Part shown: positions 41,175-51,561 of the stretch, one piece after another
Numbering within the stretch: position 1 is the stretch's first letter
Layout of the letters: each line of letters begins with the position of its first letter
Source of the DNA: a candidate division WWE3 bacterium RAAC2_WWE3_1
GTDB taxonomy: Bacteria > Patescibacteriota > WWE3 > UBA101185 > UBA10185
Length of the DNA stretch: 64,000 nucleotides
Reading direction: 5' to 3'
NCBI GenBank assembly: GCA_000503835.1
Contig: CP006914.1
Span: 239,341-303,340, forward strand
The notes under the pieces: model-generated
The model's input: only the letters and a program-made list of their open reading frames with translations
Databases searched by the model: none
Told to the model about the DNA's origin: nothing
Made by a program: the position numbers and the translations under genes

Positions 41175-43640
41175 TTAAACAACTAAACTTACGATTTTAC
41201 CTTTTATGTATATTATTTTTCTTATCTGACGGCCGTCAAGCGACTTTGTTATATCGGCGTTGTTTTTTAAAAGTTCAGCGATAGTTTGCTCATCGGCGTT
41301 CGGAGCTACCTCAATCTCGGCACGAACCTTTCCATTCACCTGAACCGGAATGATAATAGTACTCTCGGCTAATTTAGAGGGGTTGTACTTAGGCCAGTCC
41401 TGCAAATGAACACTATTCCTCTTATCCCAGCTCTTGAAACCGTTTATCTCATGCCAAAGTTCTTCAGCTACAAAGGGTATAAATGGAGCGAGCATCTTAA
41501 TGTAGCCTTTCCATTGTGCCGCACTTATTGACGGGGTTTTCTTTGCGGCGTTGGCGAAAATCATGAACTCACTTACACAAGTGTTCATTTTTAGGTCTTC
41601 ACACATACCTGTCACTTTTTTAACCATCAAATTGTAATCTTTTTCCAGCTCTACGCCTGCATCTTCGTCATCTCTCACCTTGTTCTTTAAAAGAAAGAGG
41701 TTATCGATAAACTTTTTAGTTGCTTTAACTCCGTGGTCATCCCATGGATATGTTTCGTCGTAGGGACCGATAAAACAAAGGTACAGTCTGCAGGCGTCAG
41801 CCCCGAAATATTCCACAATTTCCTTAGGGTTAATAACATTCCCGCGCGACTTAGACATCTTCTGCCCGTCTGCTCCCAGTAATAGGCCACCCGTCATCCT
41901 CCATTTATACGGTTCTGAGGTAGGCACTAACCCAAGGTCATAAAAAAATCTGTGCCAAAACCTGGAATATAAAAGGTGCGCGGTTGTGTGACCGCCGTCA
42001 CCGAAATATTTATCGACGGGAAGCCAGTACTTCAGGATTTCAGGGTCCGCGAAGGCCTTTTCATTTTTTGGGTCGCAGTATCTTATGTAATACCAGCTCG
42101 AACCTGCCCATGTAGGCATGGTTTCGGTCTCTCTTTTTGCGGAATTCCCGTTTTTGTCCACAGTCGCGACCCAATCCGTTAATCTTGCCAGGGGAGCACC
42201 GCCGCTTTCAGAAGGCTGGTAATCTTTGGTATAAGGAAGTTCCACAGGAAGTTTTTTATGCACTTCTTCCATGTCCTTCGTATCAACAACAGCTTCGACA
42301 CTACCGTCACTTTTATAAACAACAGGAATGGGTTCCCCCCAATATCTCTGACGGGAAAATACCCAGTCACGAAGCTTGTAATTTATCTTGAACCTACCGA
42401 AGTTTTCTTTTTCGGCTTTTTCGATCATTTCCACTATCGCCTGTTCGGAGGACTTACCTGAGTAGTCGCCCGAATTTATGGAAATCCCGTAACCTGTGTA
42501 GGCTTCTTTATGGACATCTACAGATGTATCGTCGGCCGGTCTGACAACCTGCCTTATTTCCAAACCGTATTTAACAGAAAATTCGTGGTCTCTTTCATCA
42601 TGTGCAGGAACACACATTACAGCTCCCGTACCGTAGGTAGTGAGAACAAAATCTGCCACCCAAACCGGACATTTTTCCCTGCTGAAAGGGTTCAGAACAT
42701 AAGTACCCGTGAATACCCCGGATTTATCTTTTTGTATCGCTGTCCTCTCCATTTCAGTTTTTTGTTTTGCAGCTTTAACGTATTTTTCAACATCGCCCCG
42801 CTGTTTTTCTGCAACAAAATCGTATAAATTTTCATATTCGGGTGAAATTACAACCGCGGAAGCTCCGTAAATAGTATCTATCCTTGTCGTGAAAACGGTA
42901 ATCGTTTTGGCGCTGCTTTCTGTTTTAAAAACTACCTCTGCTCCCACTGACTTTCCTATCCAGTTGATCTGAGCGGTCTTTATGTAATCCGGAAAATCAG
43001 TCTCTTTAAGCCCGTCTATAAGTTTTTCGGCGTACGCTGGTATCTTTAAGACCCACTGCCTGAACATTTTCCTTTCGACAGCATACCCACCGCGTTCGCT
43101 TACCTTCTGACCGTCTTTTCCCGTCAATACTTCTTCTTCCGCAAGGACACCCAGCTCTTTGCACCACCAAACCGGCATTTCCTCCTGCACGGCAAGCCCG
43201 TTCTCAAAAAATTTCAGGAATAGCCACTGCGTCCATTTGTAATACTTAGGATCGGAGGTTGTAATTTCACGATTCCAGTCGATGCCGTAGCCGAAATCCT
43301 GTGCCGATTGCTTATAACCTTTCGCGAGTTCTTCGGTCACTTCCTGCGGGGTCTTACCCATTTTTAACGCGTACCCTTCTGTCGGAAGACCGAAAGCGTC
43401 CCAGCCCATTGGGTACATTACGTTATAGCCGTTCATTCTGAGAAAGCGCGAATAAACGTCGGGCACCGTGTATCTCATCATATGCCCGGCGTGCAAATAA
43501 GGTCCGGAAGGGTAGGGGAGTTCGGCCAGAATATACTTCTTAGGTTTTTCCGAAAAATCCACAGCCTCGTAAATGTTGTCACGATACCAAAATTCTTTCC
43601 ATTTATTCTCTACTTGTTTATGATCGTACTTTTTTTCCAT
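41175..43640 (-). CDS. leuS: Leucyl-tRNA synthetase
   Basis: Class I HIGH region (PYPSGPYLHAGHMMRYT), KMSKS (QKMSKSRGNVINP), and editing-domain length consistent with bacterial LeuRS (821 aa). Confidence 0.95.
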   Translation of the reverse strand: MEKKYDHKQVENKWKEFWYRDNIYEAVDFSEKPKKYILAELPYPSGPYLHAGHMMRYTVPDVYSRFLRMNGYNVMYPMGWDAFGLPTEGYALKMGKTPQEVTEELAKGYKQSAQDFGYGIDWNREITTSDPKYYKWTQWLFLKFFENGLAVQEEMPVWWCKELGVLAEEEVLTGKDGQKVSERGGYAVERKMFRQWVLKIPAYAEKLIDGLKETDFPDYIKTAQINWIGKSVGAEVVFKTESSAKTITVFTTRIDTIYGASAVVISPEYENLYDFVAEKQRGDVEKYVKAAKQKTEMERTAIQKDKSGVFTGTYVLNPFSREKCPVWVADFVLTTYGTGAVMCVPAHDERDHEFSVKYGLEIRQVVRPADDTSVDVHKEAYTGYGISINSGDYSGKSSEQAIVEMIEKAEKENFGRFKINYKLRDWVFSRQRYWGEPIPVVYKSDGSVEAVVDTKDMEEVHKKLPVELPYTKDYQPSESGGAPLARLTDWVATVDKNGNSAKRETETMPTWAGSSWYYIRYCDPKNEKAFADPEILKYWLPVDKYFGDGGHTTAHLLYSRFWHRFFYDLGLVPTSEPYKWRMTGGLLLGADGQKMSKSRGNVINPKEIVEYFGADACRLYLCFIGPYDETYPWDDHGVKATKKFIDNLFLLKNKVRDDEDAGVELEKDYNLMVKKVTGMCEDLKMNTCVSEFMIFANAAKKTPSISAAQWKGYIKMLAPFIPFVAEELWHEINGFKSWDKRNSVHLQDWPKYNPSKLAESTIIIPVQVNGKVRAEIEVAPNADEQTIAELLKNNADITKSLDGRQIRKIIYIKGKIVSLVV

Positions 43641-43683
43641 AAAAAGGTTGTAATTTAGTTGATTTTATAATATATTTCACACC

Positions 43684-43860
43684 ATGGCAAAGAAAAAAGG
43701 TAATAGATTATTAATAGGGCTTGAGTGCACGGAAACGGGCATGAGGTCATACATTAGTCAAAAAAACCGCATCAACACAACGGATAAGGTTGAATTGATG
43801 AAGTACAATCCCAGACTTAGGAAACACACGCTGCATAAAGAAGTTCTGAGGCTCAAGTAA
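43684..43860 (+). CDS. rpmG: 50S ribosomal protein L33 (58 aa), absent from the supplied ORF track because it is shorter than 60 aa
   Basis: Hand translation [58 protein letters not shown] matches the L33 pattern (MAK..R..I.LEC.E.....Y.T.KN..NTP..LEL.KY.P..RKHT.HKE.K). Confidence 0.8.
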   Translation: MAKKKGNRLLIGLECTETGMRSYISQKNRINTTDKVELMKYNPRLRKHTLHKEVLRLK

Positions 43861-43872
43861 ATTTCGAAAGGT

Positions 43873-45279
43873 TTAACTAAGTTCCTTCCTTTCGGTGTCT
43901 TTTCTTAATGCTTTTCTTATCTCTTCCCGGGCTTTACGCGTTTTAACAAAGTCCAGCCAATCAGAGCTAGGTGATTTTTTGTGTTTCAACGTTTTTATTT
44001 CCACTCTGTCACCATCCTTCAACTCATAACTAAGCTTCTGAAAGTCACCGTTTACAGTAACTCCGACACAGGCATTACCCAGGTCTTTGTGAATGCTGTA
44101 GGCGAAATCTACGGGTGTGGCTCCGCGTGCCAGCTGTTTGATATCGCCTTTTGGTGTGAACACGTAAACGTATTTTTTGAACTGATCTATCCTGATCTCA
44201 CCTTTGTTTTTGATAAAGCTTATGTCGGTGAGCCAGTCCGGTGCCGCCTGAAAACTTTTCTTTAACTGCTCTCCGGTTTTGTAAAAAGTGTGGCTTGCAA
44301 TGCCGAATTCATTTTCCTCATGCATTTCCTTTGTTTTGATCTGTACTTCCAGGTTCATGGTGGGGCTAACCGCGAAAGTGTTATGGATACTTCGATAACC
44401 GCTGGGTTTTGGGTGCAGAATATAATCGTCGCGTTCCTCGGAAATACTGCCCCATACCTGTTTTAAAATATCTTCCGTCAGGTAACATTGCTCTACTGAG
44501 TCGACAAGAACTCTCATTGCGGCTATATCATAGATCTGATTAAGACCTTTGTAGTTCTTGGTTTCACGGTACTTTTGAGCCTTCCTGTAAATACTGTAAG
44601 TATGTTTAATCCTGTAATCTATTATCGCCGGTATTCCTTTCTCTTCGAGGATGTCCTTTACAAACTCGGCGGTATCTTTGAGGACGCTTTCCATCTCAGG
44701 CATTTTCTTTTTAAGGTACGACTCGATGGAGTAGTATTCTCCCGGATTTAATATTTTGAAACCTTCGTTTTCCAGCTCCACAACAAATTTATGGATACCT
44801 AAGAGTTGGCATATCGGGGAATACAGGTACATTGCCTTTTCCGCTACACGCCGGGCGTTTTCTTTAGGAAGTACGTACACGGATCTGATATTATCGACTT
44901 TATCGGCAAGCCTTACTATCAGAGTCTTGGGGTTTTTAATAAGATTCAGGTAGGTCTGGACAATTATATTTTCGTTGTAGTTTTTGGGGTCTATAGAACT
45001 TATTTCATTGGCTGAGATACGTCCGTATTCCAAAACTATCTCAGCAATTTCCGGCCCAAAATCCTTTTTAAGGTCTTCTTTTGAGTATTTCTTTGTGTCG
45101 AGTATGTGGTGCAGATACGCCCCCGCCAATATCTCAGGGTCGTTGACATTGTTCTCTTCGAGAAGTTCCGCAACCCGGTGCAAGTGCCAGTAATAGCCCT
45201 CGCCCGATAAGCGCATATGATTTTCATGTATTTTGAGGGCAACCGCCCCTGCTTTTTCAACAACATCTTTATCTATCAT
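43873..45279 (-). CDS. rel: Bifunctional (p)ppGpp synthetase/hydrolase, short Rel/SpoT homolog (HD + synthetase + TGS domains), 468 aa
   Basis: HD domain (HLHRVAELL ... HHILDT), synthetase motif (YRSIHNTF), TGS domain (VFTPKGDIKQLARGATPVDFAYSIH). No C-terminal ACT domain. Confidence 0.85.
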   Translation of the reverse strand: MIDKDVVEKAGAVALKIHENHMRLSGEGYYWHLHRVAELLEENNVNDPEILAGAYLHHILDTKKYSKEDLKKDFGPEIAEIVLEYGRISANEISSIDPKNYNENIIVQTYLNLIKNPKTLIVRLADKVDNIRSVYVLPKENARRVAEKAMYLYSPICQLLGIHKFVVELENEGFKILNPGEYYSIESYLKKKMPEMESVLKDTAEFVKDILEEKGIPAIIDYRIKHTYSIYRKAQKYRETKNYKGLNQIYDIAAMRVLVDSVEQCYLTEDILKQVWGSISEERDDYILHPKPSGYRSIHNTFAVSPTMNLEVQIKTKEMHEENEFGIASHTFYKTGEQLKKSFQAAPDWLTDISFIKNKGEIRIDQFKKYVYVFTPKGDIKQLARGATPVDFAYSIHKDLGNACVGVTVNGDFQKLSYELKDGDRVEIKTLKHKKSPSSDWLDFVKTRKAREEIRKALRKDTERKELS

Positions 45280-45323
45280 GTTAAAAACGGAAACCTCCCC
45301 TCATGTTTATTATCTCAGTAGTG

Positions 45324-46370
45324 TCAATCCGCGCAAGTACGGAGTTCGTCCATAAATTTAGAGTAAAACGCGAGGTTATGAATAGTGGCAAGACGCCCGG
45401 CGTTCGAGTCCTTTCGGTTGAACAGGTGATAAAGGTATGCACGGCTGTGCTGCGAACAAACTTCGCAGGAACAGGATGCTGAGACAGGTCTGTTGTCCGT
45501 TTCGTGCTTTCTAGCACGCATATAGATAAACTCGTAGCCTTTCTCTGCTCCGTCCTTAAAAACGTAAAGCCTTTTGTGCCTTGCGTCTCTTGTCGGAAGG
45601 ACGCAATCGAACATGTTGTACCCCATTTTTACACATTTTCTAATATCTTCCGGTTTTCCCACACCCATCGCATATTTTGGTTTACCTTCGGGCATCAGCG
45701 AGGCGGAATAAGCTAATATTTCGTCCAGGAACTTTCCGTCCCCGTCCATCGGCCAGCCTCCGTAGGCATACCCGTCAAACCCTATCTTTATAAGTTCTTC
45801 CGCACATTTTTTCCTAAGTTCTTTGCTGTTTCCTCCCTGGATTATCGCGAACAACAGGGTCCTCTTACTTTTTAGTTTTGTAAACTCCTTCTTACATCTT
45901 TTAGCCCACTCTACCGTTCTGGCGACGGAAAGTTCCTGTTCCCGCTGAGATTCTCCGGGATCGGTGCAGTCATCCAGACACATCATGATATCGGCCCTCA
46001 GTCCGGCTTGAGTTCGGATACAGTTCTCGGGCGTAAGAATAATACTTTTCCTCGAACCGTCCATTTTAAATTTAATTCCGTCTTTTGTTATCTTTCCGTT
46101 ACCAGGGCTTCTTCTCACCAGCGACATTGCCTGAAATCCCCCTGAATCTGTGATTATGGGTATATTTAAGCCCATAAATTTATGGAGGCCGCCGCATTTC
46201 TCAATAGTATCGACCGTCTTATCAACTATGGCGTGATACGTATTAACAACCAAGCCCGTAGTTCCGGAAGCTAAAATATCCCGGGAAGAGATACCTTTTA
46301 TACACGCATGTGTCGCATCGGGGAAAAATGCCGGATATTCAATTGTACCGTGTTTAGTCTTTAAACCCAT
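45324..46370 (-). CDS. tgt: Queuine tRNA-ribosyltransferase (tRNA-guanine transglycosylase)
   Basis: TIM-barrel TGT motifs (GLNIPIITDSGGFQ, Zn site CSCEVCSQHSRAYLYHL). Confidence 0.9.
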   Translation of the reverse strand: MGLKTKHGTIEYPAFFPDATHACIKGISSRDILASGTTGLVVNTYHAIVDKTVDTIEKCGGLHKFMGLNIPIITDSGGFQAMSLVRRSPGNGKITKDGIKFKMDGSRKSIILTPENCIRTQAGLRADIMMCLDDCTDPGESQREQELSVARTVEWAKRCKKEFTKLKSKRTLLFAIIQGGNSKELRKKCAEELIKIGFDGYAYGGWPMDGDGKFLDEILAYSASLMPEGKPKYAMGVGKPEDIRKCVKMGYNMFDCVLPTRDARHKRLYVFKDGAEKGYEFIYMRARKHETDNRPVSASCSCEVCSQHSRAYLYHLFNRKDSNAGRLATIHNLAFYSKFMDELRTCAD

Positions 46371-46388
46371 AAAATGCTAAAATGAACA

Positions 46389-47075
46389 ATGTTTATGTCT
46401 AAGGCGAAATTATATATTGTATCTACTCCGATTGGAAATATGGCTGATATTACTTTGAGAGCCCTTGAAACTCTTAAGGGCGTGGACATGATATTATCGG
46501 AGGATACACGGGAGACCGACAAGTTACTAAAAAGATATTCCTTTTCAAAACCCCAGCTGTCCTATAGAGACCAGAATCATGCGAGGGTAATAGAACAGGT
46601 AAAGGAAATGCTCAGGAACGGAAAGTCACTTGCTCTTGTCTCGGACAGCGGCACCCCGTTGATATCTGATCCCGGCTTTAAGCTGGTCAGAGATCTTACA
46701 GCGGAAAATATTGAGGTCGAAGCAATACCCGGACCTTCTGCCGTTACTGCCGCTCTCTCAATATCCGGACTTCCTACCGATAAATTCCTGTTTCTGGGTT
46801 TTCTCCCAAAAGGCAAGTTTCAGGTAGAAAAGTTTTTTGAAAAGTACTCCGGGATCGATGCGACCTTGATATTTTATGAGTCTCCGTTTAGACTGTCGGG
46901 GTCTATGCAAATTGCCCAAAAAGTATTAGGACATAGGCAGGCTTGTGTGTGCAACGACATCACCAAAATGTACGAGGAAGTTGTCAGGGGCAGTTTAGAA
47001 GAAATCTCAGATCATTATTCAAAAAAGAAAATTAAGGGCGAGTTTGTTGTGCTGATAGCAAAGAAAGATTACTAA
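46389..47075 (+). CDS. rsmI: 16S rRNA (cytidine1402-2'-O)-methyltransferase RsmI (tetrapyrrole methylase fold)
   Basis: LYIVSTPIGNMADITLRALETLKGVDMILSEDTR at the N-terminus; 228 aa. Confidence 0.85.
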   Translation: MFMSKAKLYIVSTPIGNMADITLRALETLKGVDMILSEDTRETDKLLKRYSFSKPQLSYRDQNHARVIEQVKEMLRNGKSLALVSDSGTPLISDPGFKLVRDLTAENIEVEAIPGPSAVTAALSISGLPTDKFLFLGFLPKGKFQVEKFFEKYSGIDATLIFYESPFRLSGSMQIAQKVLGHRQACVCNDITKMYEEVVRGSLEEISDHYSKKKIKGEFVVLIAKKDY

Positions 47076-47076
47076 A

Positions 47077-49143
47077 ATGGACAAGGTCTTTATAGAGGAA
47101 AAAGAATACGTTGAAAAAGTAAAGAATTCTGTAAAGCAGACACTCGCTGAATTGGAAGAAACGCTGAAAAGTGTCGGTATCTCTAATCTGAATAGACTAA
47201 AAGAACTCAAACAGGAGGGGGAGTTTGGTCCGGATTTTTTAATGTTCCTCGAGCAACTTCATGAAAAAAACGCTTCTCTCAATTTAAAGGATAAATTTAC
47301 AAGACTCGAAGAACTGAAGTATTTGTTATCACAGCCCTATTTTGCACGCATCGATCTTAAACATAAAAAATTAACGGAAAATATTTATATCGGTAAATTC
47401 GGACTTGCTGAATCAAGTCCCTCGGTAACGGACTGGCGTGCAAAAATAGCTTCTGTTTACTACAGATACAGGTATCCGCAGAAAGACGTTTATTACGATA
47501 CACCGGGCGGCGTTGAAAAAAGGGATCTCCTGCTAAAGAGAACGTACGAAATCTCTGACGGGGAGCTGATCAAATACTACAACAACGACATACAAATGGA
47601 CGAAAATGAAGTAATCATCGATAAAATCGGAAAGAAAACGGGAGGTGTCCTGGAAGACATCGTAGAAACTATCCAGCAGTCTCAGATGGATATTATCGAA
47701 TCCGACCCCAGACAGATATGTATAGTGCAGGGTTGTGTCGGTAGCGGGAAAAGTACCGTCGCGATACACAAACTTGCCCACATTTTTTTCAATTACCCGA
47801 AGCTGATTCATTCGGAAAAATCTATAGTTGTAGCAAAAAATCAGATACTTGTGGGCTATCTTTCTACGCTGTTCCCCAGGCTCGGAATCTTCGATATAAA
47901 CTACAAAACGGTAAGGGAAATACTGGTTAACCTGATTTTCCGCGAGCAGATACAAATCAAAACCGAACTTGATACACCGGGGGATTTAATGAACTTTAGA
48001 TTGAAAGATCTTAAAAAGCTCCACATTTCTTTGGAAAAAATTCACGGTTCCTACGAAAGAAAGCTTTCCGATCTATTTAAAGTGACGGAATTCGAGCCTT
48101 TTGGCGGGTATAAATATTCAACCAATATGTCTCCGTCTGAAAATATCAACGAGATACTTACAGAACTTGAAGAAGAGCTTACGAACCAAAAGGACGAGCT
48201 TAAAGAACTACCGAATGATTCAATAAAAGCCTATCTGTGCAGAGAAAATATAAAAAGTTTAAGGAAGCTGGTCAACAAGCTGGCGGATATGAAAAATGAC
48301 ATCAAGATTAACGAGGTCTCGGAGATGGCAAAAGCCTTTGGAATTGACCCAAAACAGCACCTGACTTACGCCCAATCTATACTGTATGTCTATATTTATC
48401 TATCGCTCATGGGAATTCAAAAACACCCCACTTACGAGTACTGCGTCGTAGACGAGGGGCAGGATTTTTCTCCTTTGGAATACGCGATAATGTCAAAAGT
48501 GGTTCTCAGGGGCAGATTTGGAATATTCGGAGATTTAAACCAGTCGCTTGACCCGTCGGGTATTGCGAGGTGGGAGGATCTCTTTGACATTATAAAAGAA
48601 GCCAAAACATCGGTGAGATTTGAGCTATCGACAAACTACAGGAGCACCCGGCCGATTATTGAGTTCGCACGTAATATACTGGCTCCGTACACAAAAGACT
48701 TCATGCCCGAATCAATAAACAGGAAGGGTGAACAGCCCGCTGCAAAGATGGTCAGTTCCGCCGACGATGTAGTCAGCGGATTTTTATCGGATATTAAAGA
48801 GGACGTCAAGATTCTGAATAAAAGTATAGGCGTTATCTGCTACGAAAAATCTTTGTTTGACAGGATTACAACCGAAATGAAGAAAATTATCAAAAATAAG
48901 GAAAATCTGGTCATCTTAGACTCCGGAACACGTGTGAACTACATCCCTAAAGGCGTGTATGTGATGGACGCCGAAAACTCTAAAGGCCTCGAGTTTTCAA
49001 AGGTGTATGTTCTCGGGTTAAATCCCGGCGAAATAAAAACCTTTGAGGAAGCGAGAAGAGCTTTTGTGGTTACTACCAGAGCAATGAATGAACTGGTAAT
49101 ATATGGTGTAAGGGAACATGAAAAAACTAATAGAAAAGATTAA
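47077..49143 (+). CDS. UvrD/HelD-family (helicase IV-like) SF1 DNA helicase, 688 aa
   Basis: Motif I GCVGSGKST, motif II YCVVDEGQDF, motif IV NYRSTRPIIEFA, motif VI SKGLEFSKVYVLG. An N-terminal ~200-aa accessory region is present, as in HelD. Confidence 0.7.
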   Translation: MDKVFIEEKEYVEKVKNSVKQTLAELEETLKSVGISNLNRLKELKQEGEFGPDFLMFLEQLHEKNASLNLKDKFTRLEELKYLLSQPYFARIDLKHKKLTENIYIGKFGLAESSPSVTDWRAKIASVYYRYRYPQKDVYYDTPGGVEKRDLLLKRTYEISDGELIKYYNNDIQMDENEVIIDKIGKKTGGVLEDIVETIQQSQMDIIESDPRQICIVQGCVGSGKSTVAIHKLAHIFFNYPKLIHSEKSIVVAKNQILVGYLSTLFPRLGIFDINYKTVREILVNLIFREQIQIKTELDTPGDLMNFRLKDLKKLHISLEKIHGSYERKLSDLFKVTEFEPFGGYKYSTNMSPSENINEILTELEEELTNQKDELKELPNDSIKAYLCRENIKSLRKLVNKLADMKNDIKINEVSEMAKAFGIDPKQHLTYAQSILYVYIYLSLMGIQKHPTYEYCVVDEGQDFSPLEYAIMSKVVLRGRFGIFGDLNQSLDPSGIARWEDLFDIIKEAKTSVRFELSTNYRSTRPIIEFARNILAPYTKDFMPESINRKGEQPAAKMVSSADDVVSGFLSDIKEDVKILNKSIGVICYEKSLFDRITTEMKKIIKNKENLVILDSGTRVNYIPKGVYVMDAENSKGLEFSKVYVLGLNPGEIKTFEEARRAFVVTTRAMNELVIYGVREHEKTNRKD

Positions 49144-50668
49144 TCTGGTCCTTTTCGGAGTGTTGGTTCCTGCCGTAATACTAAGGCTTTTTAACCTGGG
49201 CTACTCAGACTATCAGGGTGATGAAATAAAAGCCCTTTATCTGCCGGAGGACGGACAGAATTTCTTCAGCTATCTTATGGACCAGAGAAAAGGTCCCGTC
49301 CAATTCATTGTTACCTATCTTTTAAAGTTTCTAAACCCCGATTACACGAATCAGCTGGTGATTAGATTGCCCTTTGCCCTGGCAGGAATACTTTCGGTTT
49401 TCTTCCTTTACAAGCTTGTGCAGATACATTTCAGGAAAAGAGCGGCGTTGATTTCAGCACTTCTTCTCGGAAGCAACGGTTTTTTTGTGGCATTTTCGCG
49501 TATTGTTCAATATCAGTCGTTCGTAATACTTTTTATGATACTCGCTCTGTACATGCTAAGTTTAGCTGTTAAAAGACCGGACTATAAACATAAGGGCGTT
49601 ATCCTCGCATTTATTTTCTGGGCCCTTGGTATACTTTCACATTACGATGCGGTTTTCATCTTTCCATTCGTCGTATACCTGATGTCCGTGTGGCTCAAGA
49701 GAAACTTTAAAAAGGACCCTGCAGCATTAAGAACCATTATTACATCTATCGCCGTGTTCGGTGTTCTTCTTTTAGCTTTTTATATACCTTTTGTACTTTC
49801 TATTTCTGAATCAACGCTTTCTTATTGGTCGGGGAGAATTTCGGGAGATGTTTCCGCTAAGATATCTAGTTCAAAATACCTGTTTTCGGTCTACCAGCCC
49901 ATCTATGTCGTCCACTTTTACGTCCTGGCTTCCTTGCTGGGACTGGCATTTCTTTACTACAAAGCTTATGGTGTAAAACTGCCCACGAAGATTAAGCTTA
50001 AAAGTGCGGCGTCCTACATAGCTTTATTTATCTGGTTCTTCATACCTTTTGCCTTTATGGAGTGGCTTGTTTACATACCGGGCACGCACATTTACGTCTA
50101 TATTTTGCCGATAATTATAATAATTTCTATCGGACTCGATGGTCTTCTCGACTTTTTTTCTGAGAAACTTCCAGCTACGATTTTTGCGTGGGCGTACCAG
50201 GTTATACTTTTTTTAATATTCACATTTATATTTGCGCAAAGTTACGCGGTTTTCGTGGATAATACAAAGGAGTATCCGTGGGAAGAGGAAAAATTTTTCG
50301 CATGGACCTTTCCTGAACCCACTCCTATTTACCATCTAAGTCTTTTTGGGTTTCCTTACTACAGGGATTGGGAAGGTATTTCGGCGTTTATTAAACAATA
50401 TCCCGAAATAGCCGCTTACTCTACCAACGAAAGAAAATCTATCGTAAGATATTACGTGCCTCTCGAAAAGGATACGAACAAGGCGGGGTTTTACATTCAC
50501 ATCCGAAATCCCCAGACGTTTACTGAAACCGCTTCAGGAGAAAAGTCTGAATATTGGATGGAGAAGTATGATCCTATATTTACACTGACTAAAGCTAACC
50601 AGGATTACGTAAGGATGTATATTATGGAGCCCGGAACACTAAAAGAAATAAATGAGAGGGGATATTAA
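49118..50668 (+). CDS. Integral membrane glycosyltransferase, GT39/ArnT-like (dolichyl-phosphate-mannose-protein mannosyltransferase family)
   Basis: At least 10 TM helices. An early loop carries DxxE-like residues (DYQGDEIK). Overall topology resembles PMT_2/ArnT family proteins. Confidence 0.45.
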   Translation: MKKLIEKINLVLFGVLVPAVILRLFNLGYSDYQGDEIKALYLPEDGQNFFSYLMDQRKGPVQFIVTYLLKFLNPDYTNQLVIRLPFALAGILSVFFLYKLVQIHFRKRAALISALLLGSNGFFVAFSRIVQYQSFVILFMILALYMLSLAVKRPDYKHKGVILAFIFWALGILSHYDAVFIFPFVVYLMSVWLKRNFKKDPAALRTIITSIAVFGVLLLAFYIPFVLSISESTLSYWSGRISGDVSAKISSSKYLFSVYQPIYVVHFYVLASLLGLAFLYYKAYGVKLPTKIKLKSAASYIALFIWFFIPFAFMEWLVYIPGTHIYVYILPIIIIISIGLDGLLDFFSEKLPATIFAWAYQVILFLIFTFIFAQSYAVFVDNTKEYPWEEEKFFAWTFPEPTPIYHLSLFGFPYYRDWEGISAFIKQYPEIAAYSTNERKSIVRYYVPLEKDTNKAGFYIHIRNPQTFTETASGEKSEYWMEKYDPIFTLTKANQDYVRMYIMEPGTLKEINERGY

Positions 50669-50674
50669 ACCGGC

Positions 50675-51163
50675 ATGCCTGCCTTTTTAAAAGTTTTCAT
50701 CGAGTCGGCGAGTTTTTTCGGAAATAATATTCCCATTGTAGCAGTTGCGTCTCTCTCATTTATAGCCTACCTCGTGGTATCGGGTTATTTAAGAGAAGCC
50801 GGTGTTTTTTTCCTTTCTATATTCAGTCTTCTGTATTCAGTACTCCTAAAAAATATTTTCAGAATCCCGAGGCTGGATACGTATGCTGGCGATCCCACCA
50901 AACTCGGGGATATGTATAGATTTCCCAGCAGTCATGTAATATTTTACGTTTCCTTTTGGGGTTTATTACTTTTTTTAACTTTCAAAAAAGATGTTTTCGG
51001 GGACGGTTTGGCTGTGTACCTTCTCCGTATAATAAGCGTTTATCACTTACTTTTTGTCGGCATATCGAGAGTATTCATAGGGGCACACACAGTACAGGAT
51101 GTTGTAGCGGGGTATGTTTTCGGGGCAGTATATCTTGCAGTACTGATATACCTAAGCAGGTAG
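50675..51163 (+). CDS. PAP2 family phosphatase (phosphatidic acid/undecaprenyl-PP phosphatase-like)
   Basis: PAP2 motifs PSSH (FPSSHV) and SRVFIGAHTVQDV (SR...H...D) in a membrane protein. Confidence 0.7.
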   Translation: MPAFLKVFIESASFFGNNIPIVAVASLSFIAYLVVSGYLREAGVFFLSIFSLLYSVLLKNIFRIPRLDTYAGDPTKLGDMYRFPSSHVIFYVSFWGLLLFLTFKKDVFGDGLAVYLLRIISVYHLLFVGISRVFIGAHTVQDVVAGYVFGAVYLAVLIYLSR

Positions 51164-51541
51164 CAGAACGAAGAAATAAGGCCAAAATATCAGGATAAGT
51201 ATAACAAGTGCTGTAATGGCGGTTATAAGAACAAAGCCGGCGGATAAATCCTTTATCACCTTCACGCCTTCGTCAAAGTCTTTTATAAAAAAGTCGATTG
51301 TGTCCTCGACAACAGTATTGAGAACCTCAGCCATTAAAAGCAGACCCATCGAAAGTATCAGAAGACCCCACTCAGCGTTCGTTATTTTAAAACGGGCGCC
51401 CAGCAAAACAGAAATAACGACAATTACAACTTGAACCCTAAAGTTAGGTTCTTCCACCAAAGCATGAAAAATTCCTGTGAACGCGTGTTTGAAACTTCGG
51501 GCGTGTCTTAACGGGTGATGGGATTTTAAGAAACCGAACAT
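51152..51541 (-). CDS. dgkA: Prokaryotic diacylglycerol kinase / undecaprenol kinase family (DgkA)
   Basis: 129 aa with three TM helices. An N-terminal amphipathic FKHAFTGIFHALVEEPNFRVQ matches the DAGK_prok fold; conserved E/N/D in EVLNTVVEDTID. Confidence 0.7.
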   Translation of the reverse strand: MFGFLKSHHPLRHARSFKHAFTGIFHALVEEPNFRVQVVIVVISVLLGARFKITNAEWGLLILSMGLLLMAEVLNTVVEDTIDFFIKDFDEGVKVIKDLSAGFVLITAITALVILILIFWPYFFVLLPA

Positions 51542-51561
51542 GGTACTATAATATCACAAGT

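Noticed and set aside
41687-42827. Several 60-105-aa ORFs on both strands inside leuS
   Set aside because: They are entirely contained within the well-supported 821-aa leuS ORF. They are alternative-frame artefacts.
45036-45517. Minus-strand ORFs 45036-45266 and 45281-45517
   Set aside because: They overlap rel and tgt coding sequence in alternative frames. They have no motifs or RBS and are likely spurious.
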